From Chromatiaceae bacterium (GTDB lineage Bacteria; Pseudomonadota; Gammaproteobacteria; SZUA-140): DNA of 51,419 nucleotides. The position numbers and the translations under genes were made by a program. Numbering within the stretch: position 1 is the stretch's first letter; each line of letters opens with the position of its first letter. The notes beneath the pieces are model-generated. The model ran no database searches, was not told where the DNA came from, and saw only the letters and a program-made list of their open reading frames with translations. The stretch is from positions 1-51,419 of the forward strand of contig QIJH01000085.1 in assembly GCA_003232725.1 (NCBI GenBank), read 5' to 3'. Of the stretch, positions 17,823 through 28,045 are shown in pieces.

Positions 17823-18593
17823 ATGTTTTTATTTAAAAAAATCACTACCGCACTACTGGCACCACTGCCACTGTGTCTGATAGCAATACTACTTGGGCTA
17901 TTATTACTCTGGTTCACGCAAAAAAAGAAAACAGGCAATGCACTTATTCTCATCGGTATTATTTCATTAACCCTTTTCAGCTTGCCCTCAATCAGTAATA
18001 CTTTACTGGCATCTCTCGAAAACCAGTACCCGAGCCAAATACAATATTCAACCACCTCGGAAATTCATGTGGGATTTATTGTTGTGCTTGGTGGCGGGCA
18101 TGTTACCGACCCAACCATCCCTGTCACTAGCCAGGTAAATACTGCCACATTAGCTCGAGTAACAGAAGGTACCAGACTACTTAAAACATTCCCAAATAGT
18201 AAACTGATTCTCTCTGGGGGAAATGTCTTCAGTCACTATCCTGAGGCTGAAACGATGCGCGCCATCGCCAACATAATGGGGGTGAAAGAGAGCACTATCA
18301 TCCTTGATCGCTTATCAAAAGATACCAAAGATCAGGCAATCAATATAAAAGAGATCGTTAAAGACGATGGTTTTATTCTCATCACTTCAGCCTCTCACAT
18401 GCCACGCGCCATGGCACTTTTTAAAAACCAGGGGCTCACACCTATTCCTGCACCAACCAATCATAATGCCAGAAAGTTTAACGCCCCCGGCCCAGGCTAT
18501 TACTTTCCCAATGCGACTGCATTGCGCAATTCAGAGAGGCTGATTCATGAATATCTTGGCACTATGTGGGCAAAGCTACGAGGACAAATTTAA
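17823..18593 (+). CDS. ElyC/SanA/YdcF (DUF218) family envelope protein
   Basis: The ORF has two N-terminal TM helices followed by a DUF218-type core (VVLGGG..LILSGG..ITSASHMPRA). Confidence 0.8.
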   Translation: MFLFKKITTALLAPLPLCLIAILLGLLLLWFTQKKKTGNALILIGIISLTLFSLPSISNTLLASLENQYPSQIQYSTTSEIHVGFIVVLGGGHVTDPTIPVTSQVNTATLARVTEGTRLLKTFPNSKLILSGGNVFSHYPEAETMRAIANIMGVKESTIILDRLSKDTKDQAINIKEIVKDDGFILITSASHMPRAMALFKNQGLTPIPAPTNHNARKFNAPGPGYYFPNATALRNSERLIHEYLGTMWAKLRGQI

Positions 18594-20059
18594 TCAAATC
18601 TGCTAATGTTCAGACCAATCCGCTCTATCTCGTTATCGATCAAGGCGGACATGCCAGCCGTGCCTTTGTTTTTAACCAGGCAGGGAGAATACTGTCACAA
18701 GGGATCATACCCATTGAAGCGCGAGTCAATGCCAGTGCCCTTGATTATGTGGAGTACAACGCTAAAACACTGCTAAAATCAATACAGATGGCCATCCAAA
18801 AGGCTGTCGTGTCTCCTGATGTCAATCTGACAGACATCGTCGCCGCGGGTATGGCTACACAGCGTTCTAATGTCGCCTGTTGGGACAAAATAACAGGGCA
18901 AACGCTCTCTCCCATCATTAGCTGGCAAGATAGACGTGCGGCTAACTGGATCAAGCAATTCAAATTTCACGAGGAAGCGATTCATCAAGCAACCGGACTA
19001 TTTTTATCACCACATTACGGTGTTGGTAAACTTCAATGGTGCTATGAAAATTTACCTGCTGTTGCTGAAGCCCAGCAACAGCAGCGCCTCTGCTGGGGGC
19101 CGATGACCAGCTTTTTATTACACCAGCTACTCGATGAAAAGCCATATCTGATTGATCACGTCAACGCCTCCCGTACGATACTCTGGAACATCGAAGATCG
19201 AGACTGGGATCCATTACTAGCGCAGCTCTTTACGCTCCCCCAAGCTCCGTTACCAAAATGTGTCACCAATCATTACCCATATGGCACGCTGACCATTGAA
19301 AACCATAAAATCCCGATGACGACCGTTATCGGCGATCAATCTGCATCCTTGTTTGCATGGCAACAGCTACAAAACGATGCACTCTATATCAACATCGGTA
19401 CCGGTGCCTTTATTCAGCGGGTGGTTGGTAATGGATGTACCATAAAACCCAACTTACTCACAAGCCTGCTGATAAGCGAAAAATACAGTGCCCACTATGC
19501 ATTAGAAGGTACCGTCAATGGTGCTGGCAGCGCTCTTGGCTGGATCGAACAACAACTTCAGCCAGACAGACTCTACCAACAGTTACCGCTCTGGTTAACA
19601 GATAAAACATGCCCACTACTATTTCTAAATGGTATCTCTGGTGTTGGCTCGCCTTACTGGCAAGCTGATTTCAAGTCACATTTCATCGGCGAAGGTGATG
19701 ATATACAAAAAATCGTTGCCGTTATCGAGAGCATCGCCTTTCTACTGCAGGTCAATATTGAACAGTTACGACAACAACCAACCACCAATAAAATTTTGAT
19801 CAGTGGAGGATTGGCGCAACTCGACGGCCTGTGCCAACGCATTGCAGACCTAAGTGGCCTGATGGTACAACGTATGTCATCGTGTGATGCCACTGCCAGT
19901 GGCGTCGCATGGCTACTTGCTAATACAGACCAAAAGACTACCGATATCGCCTGGTTCCAGCATAAGCTAACAAAAATTGCACCGCAGACCAACCCACCAT
20001 TAACTGAGCGCTATCAGCGCTGGAAAATCGCCATGGAACAAGCGATCACTCAACCTTAA
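18566..20059 (+). CDS. FGGY-family carbohydrate kinase (glycerol-kinase-like)
   Basis: The N-terminal motif LVIDQGGHASRAFVF matches GlpK ALDQGTTSSRAVV. FGGY N- and C-domains run throughout. It overlaps the upstream gene by 28 nt, so the start is uncertain. Confidence 0.8.
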   Translation: MGKATRTNLIKSANVQTNPLYLVIDQGGHASRAFVFNQAGRILSQGIIPIEARVNASALDYVEYNAKTLLKSIQMAIQKAVVSPDVNLTDIVAAGMATQRSNVACWDKITGQTLSPIISWQDRRAANWIKQFKFHEEAIHQATGLFLSPHYGVGKLQWCYENLPAVAEAQQQQRLCWGPMTSFLLHQLLDEKPYLIDHVNASRTILWNIEDRDWDPLLAQLFTLPQAPLPKCVTNHYPYGTLTIENHKIPMTTVIGDQSASLFAWQQLQNDALYINIGTGAFIQRVVGNGCTIKPNLLTSLLISEKYSAHYALEGTVNGAGSALGWIEQQLQPDRLYQQLPLWLTDKTCPLLFLNGISGVGSPYWQADFKSHFIGEGDDIQKIVAVIESIAFLLQVNIEQLRQQPTTNKILISGGLAQLDGLCQRIADLSGLMVQRMSSCDATASGVAWLLANTDQKTTDIAWFQHKLTKIAPQTNPPLTERYQRWKIAMEQAITQP

Positions 20060-20136
20060 GTAGCACAATGAAATAGAAAGCATCGCGTTACAACTCATGA
20101 TAGATTATAGCCAGACACTCGACGACAAATTGAACC

Positions 20137-20895
20137 ATGAAAATACCTAAACTCATTGCCCATCGCGGCCATGCCTCACAGTACCCAGAAAACACGCTAC
20201 CTGCTATCGAGTCGGCTCTAAAGGCTGGAGCCTGTTATATAGAGGTCGATATACAGTTAACAGCCGATGGTATTCCAGTACTCTTTCATGACGATAATAT
20301 GCAACGCATTACTGGCCATTCACAAAATATAACCCAACTCAATGCAGAACAACTCAGTCAATATTCAGCCTGTGAGAAATTTCGTTTCGGCAAAAAATTC
20401 TCAGGCACCCCGATTCCAACATTAGCAGAACTGCTGACACTGTTACGTGTATGGCCCAATTGTCAGGCATTTATTGAGATAAAAAATGAGAGCACAAAAC
20501 GATTTGGCACCAAAATAGTCGTAGAAAAAATAATGGCGCAGCTCACACCGCATGGCTCGCAGTGCATACCCATTTCATACCAGGCCGCAGCGCTTGAAAT
20601 TGCACGCACGCTAGGTGCTAAAAGTATCGGTTGGGTCGCCGCAAAATGGGATGATGCATCACACCAAACAGCCACACTTCTTGCTCCCGACTACCTGTTT
20701 ACTAACCATACCCGTCTGCCAAAAAAACCAGATGAGATCTGGCGTGGCCCGTGGCAGTGGGCTCTCTATGAAGTGACAGATCCAACTCTAGCCCTCACAC
20801 TTGCTGAAAAAGAGATTGAGATGATCGAGACAATGGCGATTGAAGAGATGCTATCCCACCCACTACTCAAACAGAATGCCTGTATTGGGGTTTAG
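20137..20895 (+). CDS. Glycerophosphodiester phosphodiesterase (GDPD family)
   Basis: The ORF carries the GDPD signature HRGHASQYPENTLPAIESALKAGACYIEVDIQLTADGIPVLFHD. Confidence 0.88.
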   Translation: MKIPKLIAHRGHASQYPENTLPAIESALKAGACYIEVDIQLTADGIPVLFHDDNMQRITGHSQNITQLNAEQLSQYSACEKFRFGKKFSGTPIPTLAELLTLLRVWPNCQAFIEIKNESTKRFGTKIVVEKIMAQLTPHGSQCIPISYQAAALEIARTLGAKSIGWVAAKWDDASHQTATLLAPDYLFTNHTRLPKKPDEIWRGPWQWALYEVTDPTLALTLAEKEIEMIETMAIEEMLSHPLLKQNACIGV

Positions 20896-20897
20896 CA

Positions 20898-22109
20898 ATG
20901 GGCAATAAGTATTATGACGTCATCATCATCGGTGGCGGCATACATGGTGTCGGGGTGGCCCAGGCAGCTGCCGCAGCGGGGCACTCAGCACTACTACTTG
21001 AACAGGAAACAGTCGCGTGCGGCACCTCTAGCCGCTCTAGCAAGTTAATCCACGGTGGTCTACGCTACCTTGAAGCAATGCAGTTTTCATTGGTACGCGA
21101 ATGCCTGCATGAACGCGCACTGCTGTTGAAAAACGCCCCTTCGCTGGTCAAACTACAGCCATTTTATATACCCATTTACAAAGACACTCGCCGTCGCCCA
21201 TGGCTGATTCGTAGCGGCCTCATGCTTTACGCACTACTGGGAGGATTTAATCGCACCAGCACTTTTCGTGCGTTAAGTAAAGATAAATGGGATAACCTCG
21301 ATGGTCTCGACACCATCGGACTCGAAGCCGTCTTTCGCTACTATGATGCGCAAACCGATGATGCGGCACTGACACGAGCAGTCATGAGCTCGGCGCAATC
21401 ACTCGGTGCAGAGCTCGAAATCCACGCTCGATTCATTGCGGGTACTCTCCATAATGATGGCGCAATCATTCGATATCAAAAGAATGGCAAGACCATCACC
21501 TGCGAGGCACGTACTGTAGTAAACGCCGCAGGCCCATGGGTTAACCACGTACTTGCAAAAATCTCCCCACAGCAGCCCCTTCAAGCCATTGATCTGGTGC
21601 AAGGGACACACATTTTGCTCAACGGAACATTAGCTAATGGCATCTATTACATGGAAGCCCCCGGCGATCGACGTGCCGTTTTCGCCATGCCATGGCAAGG
21701 AAAGACACTGGTTGGCACCACCGAAACCACCTTTGACCCGACTACCGACCCTGGCAACGTTGCACCACACGAAGATGAAGCGCGCTATCTTATGGAAACA
21801 ATCGCCTGCTACTTTCCTGAGTACCGAAACTTGCAGACAAACCCTATATGCAGTGCATTTTCAGGGCTACGCGTTTTGCCTCGTGCAGCTAACCATAACA
21901 ACGGTCCATTTTCTCGCCCACGTGAAACGAAACTACAAATTGATCGTCATGCGTCCCCACGCCTGCTGAGCATCTATGGTGGAAAACTTACCGCCTATCG
22001 CACCACTGCTGAAAAATGCATCAAAAAACTCAAATCCAGCCTCCCTGCACGTAAAGCCATTGCTAACACTAAGAAGCTACCACTCCATAAGCCGATAAAC
22101 GAGCTATAA
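20898..22109 (+). CDS. FAD-dependent glycerol-3-phosphate dehydrogenase/oxidase-like protein (short form)
   Basis: The ORF reads YDVIIIGGGIHGVG..CGTSSRSSKLIHGGLRYLE, close to the GlpD N-terminus. At 403 aa it lacks the roughly 100-aa C-terminal domain of E. coli GlpD. Confidence 0.8.
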   Translation: MGNKYYDVIIIGGGIHGVGVAQAAAAAGHSALLLEQETVACGTSSRSSKLIHGGLRYLEAMQFSLVRECLHERALLLKNAPSLVKLQPFYIPIYKDTRRRPWLIRSGLMLYALLGGFNRTSTFRALSKDKWDNLDGLDTIGLEAVFRYYDAQTDDAALTRAVMSSAQSLGAELEIHARFIAGTLHNDGAIIRYQKNGKTITCEARTVVNAAGPWVNHVLAKISPQQPLQAIDLVQGTHILLNGTLANGIYYMEAPGDRRAVFAMPWQGKTLVGTTETTFDPTTDPGNVAPHEDEARYLMETIACYFPEYRNLQTNPICSAFSGLRVLPRAANHNNGPFSRPRETKLQIDRHASPRLLSIYGGKLTAYRTTAEKCIKKLKSSLPARKAIANTKKLPLHKPINEL

Positions 22110-22240
22110 ATCACGCCTGAGATACACCTACTAAGCGGACATTACAAATACCCATTGGTTATTTTTTTCAGTTAAGATAGACACAAATGCGCACTGAACC
22201 ATACTTAACTTAACGCTATTCAAAAACGACAGCCTGTATA

Positions 22241-23359
22241 GTGAAAATTCATCAACCTCACCCCAACAGCACGCTTCGCACAACGAAGCTTTACTTGACA
22301 TTGCTATTCATTAGCATGACGTTAGGGGCATGTGCCATTCTTGAAAAACCATTAGAGCCCAGCCCCCCGGGGGCTATCATCGCCCCCCTCCCTGAAGAGC
22401 CAAAGATATCAGCCGTTAAACCACCTGAAACAACTAAAACAACTAAAACAACTAAAACACCAGTTATAAAGGTTGATACATTTAAACCACTCGACGTTGC
22501 GATCATTATCAGTCGAGACATTGAAAACCACCATGTTATCTATCAAAAAATAGAAAATTTAATCAGTGACAAAAAGGGCCGCGCCACACCTTTTTACCTC
22601 TACCAAAAAAACACTTCTGATATCATCAAGCAAATAAAAAGTGCACAACACCGGCAAGTTGTCGCGATTGGGCTAGAGGCTGCCAAAACTGCATCCAGCC
22701 TATCACGCACACCCGTTATCTTTTGTCAGGTGTACAATTATCAGGATCATGATTTAGTCAATGAGTACATAAAGGGGGTTAGTCTTGTCCCCTCTATTGA
22801 TCAACAGTTTCTGGCATGGAAAACAGTTTTCCCGCAACTTAAAACGGTTGGTTTCATCTCGGGTAGTGGCAAACAACCCTTCATTGATAATGCACTGAAA
22901 ACTGCCGCCGACCATGGCATCACGCTGCTCAATCACACCGTCACTAGCGACAAAGAGATGTGGGCAGAGTTTCGACGCCTGACACCCCAGGTTGATGCCT
23001 TCTGGTTACTACCGGACAATAGGATTTTAAGTAAGCGTACGCTGCGTAGCATTGTCAGTTACAGCACAAAACACACCACGCCACTGTTCACCATTAACGG
23101 CCTGTTGCTACAGGCAGGTGCCGTCATATCGAGTTCTCAAGTTAGCGATGATATCGCTCAGAAAGTGGTCATGCGCCTGCTCTCGATCAATTCTGACCAC
23201 ACCATTCCAGGGCGTGATGTCGAAGCGCTTGATCAAGCACTTAGTTTTTTCAATACTCAGACAATAAAACGCTTAAATCTGACCATTCCAACGCAAACGA
23301 TGCCAAAAAACCTCAAAAGGTGGCCGCCTCCCAGAGTTAGCGTTACACTGGCACAATAA
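22241..23359 (+). CDS. Lipoprotein with an ABC-substrate-binding-like domain (COG2984/PF04392-like) and a (TTK)3 linker
   Basis: The ORF has a lipobox (LGAC), a Pro/Thr/Lys linker and a periplasmic-binding-like core. It lies immediately upstream of a GGDEF-EAL gene. Confidence 0.6.
   Translation: MKIHQPHPNSTLRTTKLYLTLLFISMTLGACAILEKPLEPSPPGAIIAPLPEEPKISAVKPPETTKTTKTTKTPVIKVDTFKPLDVAIIISRDIENHHVIYQKIENLISDKKGRATPFYLYQKNTSDIIKQIKSAQHRQVVAIGLEAAKTASSLSRTPVIFCQVYNYQDHDLVNEYIKGVSLVPSIDQQFLAWKTVFPQLKTVGFISGSGKQPFIDNALKTAADHGITLLNHTVTSDKEMWAEFRRLTPQVDAFWLLPDNRILSKRTLRSIVSYSTKHTTPLFTINGLLLQAGAVISSSQVSDDIAQKVVMRLLSINSDHTIPGRDVEALDQALSFFNTQTIKRLNLTIPTQTMPKNLKRWPPPRVSVTLAQ
22430..22459 (+). repeat. 9-bp tandem repeat (acaactaaa x3.3) encoding TTKTTKTTKT
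   Basis: The tandem copies are perfect and lie inside the linker of ORF 22241..23359. Confidence 0.9.
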
Positions 23360-23455
23360 AATCACCTCTATTCCTGGCATCACCAACTAAGCCGCTGAAT
23401 AAAAGCATTGACGCCATGATGAAGACAAATAATCGTCAAAGCCCATACCAATAAA

Positions 23456-25534
23456 ATGATAAAAATTAAAAACAGAAAACGAAGTCTAGTCGGTGACATT
23501 ATGATGATTCATATCGTCTACGCACTAATCGTCTACTTGGCTGCCGCTTCATGCCTATGGCTAATGACCGACTGGATCGTTGAAAATAACCTCGAAAAAT
23601 GGGCCGCACGCTGGACACAGGAACTCAACGAACTAGGCACACCACTTTATGAAGATGATACAAAACCTGACCGCTTTATTCATATCGAAGATTATATTAA
23701 GAAATTCCCTGAAATTGCTTACGTTAACTACTACTCACAATCCGGAAAATTAATATTCAGTGAAGGCAAAGAAAATGTCAGTCAACACCTAACGCTGAAT
23801 AGCCAACAAATAGCACAACTTAACAATACCCAGTCCCTCAAAAAACCTCAAATCATAGAACAAGAACTAGATGACTCGCCATACGTTAAAACTTACACGC
23901 CAATCTGGATTGAATCCATCCCTAATGATGGCTTGCTAGACTTCAACCTTGCAGATGCCACCGTAGATGATATTACAATTGCTGGTTATGTTGAGCTAGG
24001 CCTTGATTTTAGCCCTTATGAAAAACAGTTTATCAGCAATCTCATTAGCGGCAGCCTTGCCATCTTGGTAATATTCCTGATCATCCTAGCCATTAGCAAA
24101 AAAACTATTAAGCGTGCAGTAAAACCACTTGAGCTGCTTAATAAACCGCTAAAGAGCCTCGCAGAAGGTAATACAGATATATATGTACATCCCTCCAAGC
24201 ATAGCGAAATCAATGCTATCAGCCATGCGCTAAACACGACTATCACTGCGCTGCGTGAGCGTGATGCCACACTATCACGACTAGCTAACCACGACTCACT
24301 AACAGGGCTTTATAACCGCAACTTCTTCTCAGAAAAGCTAGAGCAACTGGCAGCAACAAACAGCACCAGTGCACTACTCTTTATTGATCTGGACCATTTC
24401 AAATACGTTAATGACACACTTGGCCATGAGGCTGGCGATCGTATGCTAGTGCAAGCCGCCCGTTGGTTTAGACATCGACTTAGAGAGTGCGACACATTAT
24501 GTCGTTTTGGTGGCGATGAATTCACCATCCTGATTGAAAGTACAACTCAGGAAAAAGTCATTCAACTAGCCAACAAACTCGTCACCACCATGAGCGAGCA
24601 GCTAATTTTTATCGACAATAATCAAAACTTTCAGGTCAGTTGTAGTATCGGTATTACTATGATCGATTCTGACCTCTATACCCCTGATGAATTTCTATCA
24701 CAGGCCGACCTTGCCTGTCATGAAGCTAAAAGAACCGGTCGTAACCGCTTTTACTTCTACGAAAAGCTTAAAAACGAGACCGGCAAAATGGAAGAAGATA
24801 TCGGCTGGTCACGCCGTATTGAAACGGCACTCAAAGAAGATCAGTTCATCCTGGAGTATCAACCGATCATCAACATGCATACCGGAAACTGTGACATCTA
24901 CGAAGCACTACTACGCATGCCAGGTGAAGGTGACAAACTTATTCCACCATCAGCATTTCTGCCCGCTGCACAGCGCTTTGGCTTAATGGTAGACATTGAC
25001 CACTGGGTAATCCAGCATGCACTCAAAGCCCTGTCAATTCAGCGCCAGACTAATCCAACCATTAAGTTTGCTATCAACCTGTCAGGACATGTTTTTGAAG
25101 AGGTCAATCTGGTCAAAATAGTTCAGGATAATATTGAGCGATACAATATCCCTCCCGACGCGCTGATCTTTGAAGTCACTGAGCAGGTTGCGGTACAACA
25201 TATTGCAGAGGCCAATCTGCTAATCAAGAAACTGATCGCACTTGGTTGCGAATTTGCGCTGGATGATTTCGGCTCTGGCTTTAGCTCCTTTAACTACTTA
25301 AAACACCTGCCCATTCACTACATCAAGATCGATGGTAACTTCATTGAAAACATGACCAATGACAAGACTGATCAGGCGATGGTGCAGTCCATGATTCAGA
25401 TTGCGAAAACTGTCGGAAAATTCACCATTGCAGAATATGTACTGGATGAGGACACCATGACACTACTCAAGAAACTCGGTATCGACTATGCACAAGGCCA
25501 TTATATCGGCAAGCCACAACAAAAAATCGCCTAA
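23456..25534 (+). CDS. Membrane sensor diguanylate cyclase/phosphodiesterase (periplasmic loop-HAMP-GGDEF-EAL)
   Basis: The ORF has two TM segments. The GGDEF domain reads RFGGDEFTIL and the EAL domain reads YEALLRM, DDFGSG and IKIDG. The start may be the downstream MMIHIV... Confidence 0.9.
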   Translation: MIKIKNRKRSLVGDIMMIHIVYALIVYLAAASCLWLMTDWIVENNLEKWAARWTQELNELGTPLYEDDTKPDRFIHIEDYIKKFPEIAYVNYYSQSGKLIFSEGKENVSQHLTLNSQQIAQLNNTQSLKKPQIIEQELDDSPYVKTYTPIWIESIPNDGLLDFNLADATVDDITIAGYVELGLDFSPYEKQFISNLISGSLAILVIFLIILAISKKTIKRAVKPLELLNKPLKSLAEGNTDIYVHPSKHSEINAISHALNTTITALRERDATLSRLANHDSLTGLYNRNFFSEKLEQLAATNSTSALLFIDLDHFKYVNDTLGHEAGDRMLVQAARWFRHRLRECDTLCRFGGDEFTILIESTTQEKVIQLANKLVTTMSEQLIFIDNNQNFQVSCSIGITMIDSDLYTPDEFLSQADLACHEAKRTGRNRFYFYEKLKNETGKMEEDIGWSRRIETALKEDQFILEYQPIINMHTGNCDIYEALLRMPGEGDKLIPPSAFLPAAQRFGLMVDIDHWVIQHALKALSIQRQTNPTIKFAINLSGHVFEEVNLVKIVQDNIERYNIPPDALIFEVTEQVAVQHIAEANLLIKKLIALGCEFALDDFGSGFSSFNYLKHLPIHYIKIDGNFIENMTNDKTDQAMVQSMIQIAKTVGKFTIAEYVLDEDTMTLLKKLGIDYAQGHYIGKPQQKIA

Positions 25535-26118
25535 GAGAAAATCTAGCAATTAGTCAGCGCTACCAGTAATCGCTGCCATAAAGACTACTTCGCACGTGCG
25601 CTACGTATTGATACGGCTGGCTATCAAAGAAAAATCATTCTGCACTTTAATGAAGATAATAGTTAACACAGGCTTGCCATTCAGCGAGTGCGGCGAGCTG
25701 TTTTATGCCTGGAAAAAAATTGTTCGAAATTTAACCCGCTTTCAAAGGCAGGCATTAAAAACACAAAACACATACAGGTATTAGCAATATCACGAATGAG
25801 TTTATGGGACTTTTCGGAAAACGTCTATTTCTTGATGGGCACTAACTACAAAAGGGAGGACGGCGTTGGCCATCAGCGACTAGCGGCCCTCACTTCGCTC
25901 CTTAAGGTCGTTAGCGGTTGTAAATAACATAGGCTTGGATAAACTGTTCGAGTAAGAAGTAAGAAATTCTTATCTGCTATAGTTCGCATTTAAGATCCAT
26001 TGAGTTGTAGATCTTTAAATATTGTAAAAATAAGGACAAGCGCTATAAACAATCAACACGACACCGACGAATTGACACCATAACCGTATACATACAGAGA
26101 AATAGAGAACATTATAGA

Positions 26119-26748
26119 ATGACCGTATATTCAGACTTCATGGTCCTGATGGCACGTGGCGGCCCCATAATGTGGGTGATTTTTTTCATCGCCTGTATAG
26201 CGATGGTAATGCTGATGTGGCAAGCCCTACGTGTTTTTCAATTGTTAACGCAAGCCCGGCGAGACTATCACCATCTACTTAAACAGAACGGCGACCCTTT
26301 TAATGTCACCAGCTCAGGAAGTGCTAGCCCGATCGTCCAACTCCTCAACCTGATTCACTGGGATGAAGTCAACAACAAAGATGACCTCGCTAAAGAGATA
26401 AACATCCATCTAGCCGATATCATGCCAAAATTGGAAGGCGGCCTTCCCACCATCGCGATGATAGGATCGATGCTGCCAATGCTTGGTCTTCTAGGCACAG
26501 TGATGGGAATGATCAACGTATTCGATGTCATCGCCATACAAGGCAGTGGCAATCCCAATGAGATGGCTCATGGCATCTCGCAGGCTCTGCTGACCACGGC
26601 CAGTGGTTTGATTATCGCCATACCGGTCATTTTCATGCACCACATATTGTCACAACGCCTGAATGTGTTATTGGCAATTACCGGTCAGGCTATGCAACTT
26701 GTTCTACATCGTGATCTAGAAATTTTCAAACATGGAAAAACGCAGTGA
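26119..26748 (+). CDS. MotA/TolQ/ExbB proton-channel family protein
   Basis: The ORF has three TM segments and the conserved stretch PMLGLLGTVMGMI..AL.TTA.GL. It overlaps the next gene by 4 nt. Confidence 0.85.
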   Translation: MTVYSDFMVLMARGGPIMWVIFFIACIAMVMLMWQALRVFQLLTQARRDYHHLLKQNGDPFNVTSSGSASPIVQLLNLIHWDEVNNKDDLAKEINIHLADIMPKLEGGLPTIAMIGSMLPMLGLLGTVMGMINVFDVIAIQGSGNPNEMAHGISQALLTTASGLIIAIPVIFMHHILSQRLNVLLAITGQAMQLVLHRDLEIFKHGKTQ

Positions 26749-27170
26749 AAATGACCTCCCAGGTTCTTTTACCAACACCAAGAACCGGCAAGCCAGAAAT
26801 CACAATGGCACCATTAGTTGATGTAATTTTTCTATTATTGATCTTTTTTATGGTCACTACTGTTTTCCCCAAAGAAAGCGGCCTAATGATAGAGAAACCT
26901 GCCTCCGAATTTTCCGCCCCTCTGGATGATAACCATATTGTCATCAAACTAGGGCATGATGGACGCGTTGAATACAAAAACAACCTAGTAACCTCCGAGA
27001 CATTAGGAATACTGCTAAAAAGAGACCTGCTAACGCGCCCTAACACCACTGTCACCATAAATGCGGACAAACTGGCTACCACAGAATCCTTGATTCAGGT
27101 CATTGATATCAGCAAATCCAGTGGCGCTACACAACTAGGCATCGCTACAGATGAAAAATCTGATCAATAG
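26745..27170 (+). CDS. ExbD/TolR biopolymer transport protein
   Basis: The N-terminus reads EITMAPLVDVIFLLLIFFMVTT, typical of ExbD/TolR. The ORF is 141 aa. Confidence 0.85.
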   Translation: MKMTSQVLLPTPRTGKPEITMAPLVDVIFLLLIFFMVTTVFPKESGLMIEKPASEFSAPLDDNHIVIKLGHDGRVEYKNNLVTSETLGILLKRDLLTRPNTTVTINADKLATTESLIQVIDISKSSGATQLGIATDEKSDQ

Positions 27171-27756
27171 TGACTTGGCTCGAGCCGGGTTTGCACTGAC
27201 CTCGGGATTCGGTCTTACCCTGTCTCTTTTTATGGCAACCACTCTCACGTCAACATCACAAATTACAACGATGGAACGCAGGCCATTGCTAATAGTGGAA
27301 CTAAGTCGCTGGCAGCCAAAGATCGAAACCATCAAAGCCAAAGCAACACCGAAGCGCCTGCCTCCCCCTGTGACTCCGCAGTCCCCTACAAACATCAATC
27401 CCAACCAGCTCCCCCCAAAGGTAACCGCCACCCCCACACCTCAACCAAAAGAGAATACTTTGCGAGCCTACGACCTCATTAACCACAGCAAGGATTGGGT
27501 ACGCCAACAGGACATGGAACAGCTGTTCCCTTCCGGCCCAGGCATGATTAACAACCTGCCCCCTGATTCCCGCACCTTAGCGCCGGTACAGCAGACAAGT
27601 ATCATGGAAGCTTACCGCCTTCCCCACGGCAATACCATGGTCAAGACCATAACGCTGTTCGGCAATGAACAGTGCTTTGAAGTTCCGCAACAGAATGCGC
27701 TAAACACCCTGCATGAGCTTGCCAGCAGCGTGTGGATGTTAACCAGGTGCCCATGA
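27151..27756 (+). CDS. Proline-rich membrane-anchored protein in the TonB position, without a recognisable TonB C-terminal domain
   Basis: The ORF has an N-terminal TM segment and a Pro-rich spacer (PKRLPPPVTPQSPTNINPNQLPPKVTATPTPQPKE). The C-terminal 90 aa do not show the usual TonB pattern. Confidence 0.5.
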   Translation: MKNLINSDLARAGFALTSGFGLTLSLFMATTLTSTSQITTMERRPLLIVELSRWQPKIETIKAKATPKRLPPPVTPQSPTNINPNQLPPKVTATPTPQPKENTLRAYDLINHSKDWVRQQDMEQLFPSGPGMINNLPPDSRTLAPVQQTSIMEAYRLPHGNTMVKTITLFGNEQCFEVPQQNALNTLHELASSVWMLTRCP

Positions 27757-28045
27757 GAAGGCCAAGCCATGCCCACCCCATAATCAAGCAGCACAGCTCA
27801 CATGTGACACTAGCCTGTCGATAAAACAGCAATAAACAATAGACCGATAAGAGCGCCATTATGGCCAAACGGACAGGTGCGTAGCTCAATATATTTTTGT
27901 TACAGTACTACTGTACGTCATCATGCTGCCAATAATTACCAACATGCATAGTTGTGCAGAAAGTTTTCAAGTGCTAGATGACCCATAGTTAAGAGCTGGA
28001 AGGCAAACACAGCTCCCAGACACCCAATAAAATAAGGGCTGGAAG

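Noticed and set aside
22430-22459. Short tandem repeats and the MITE copies considered as a possible CRISPR array.
   Set aside because: The 9-bp repeat is coding and has no spacers. The MITE copies are tens of kb apart. There is no regular repeat-spacer architecture anywhere in the window.
25535-26118. A 580-bp gap with ORFs 25596..25784 and 25688..25927, considered as possible genes or an RNA element.
   Set aside because: The ORFs overlap each other and lack a Shine-Dalgarno sequence and any family signature. I found no convincing conserved RNA fold or repeat. This is possibly a highly eroded gene, but nothing is supportable.
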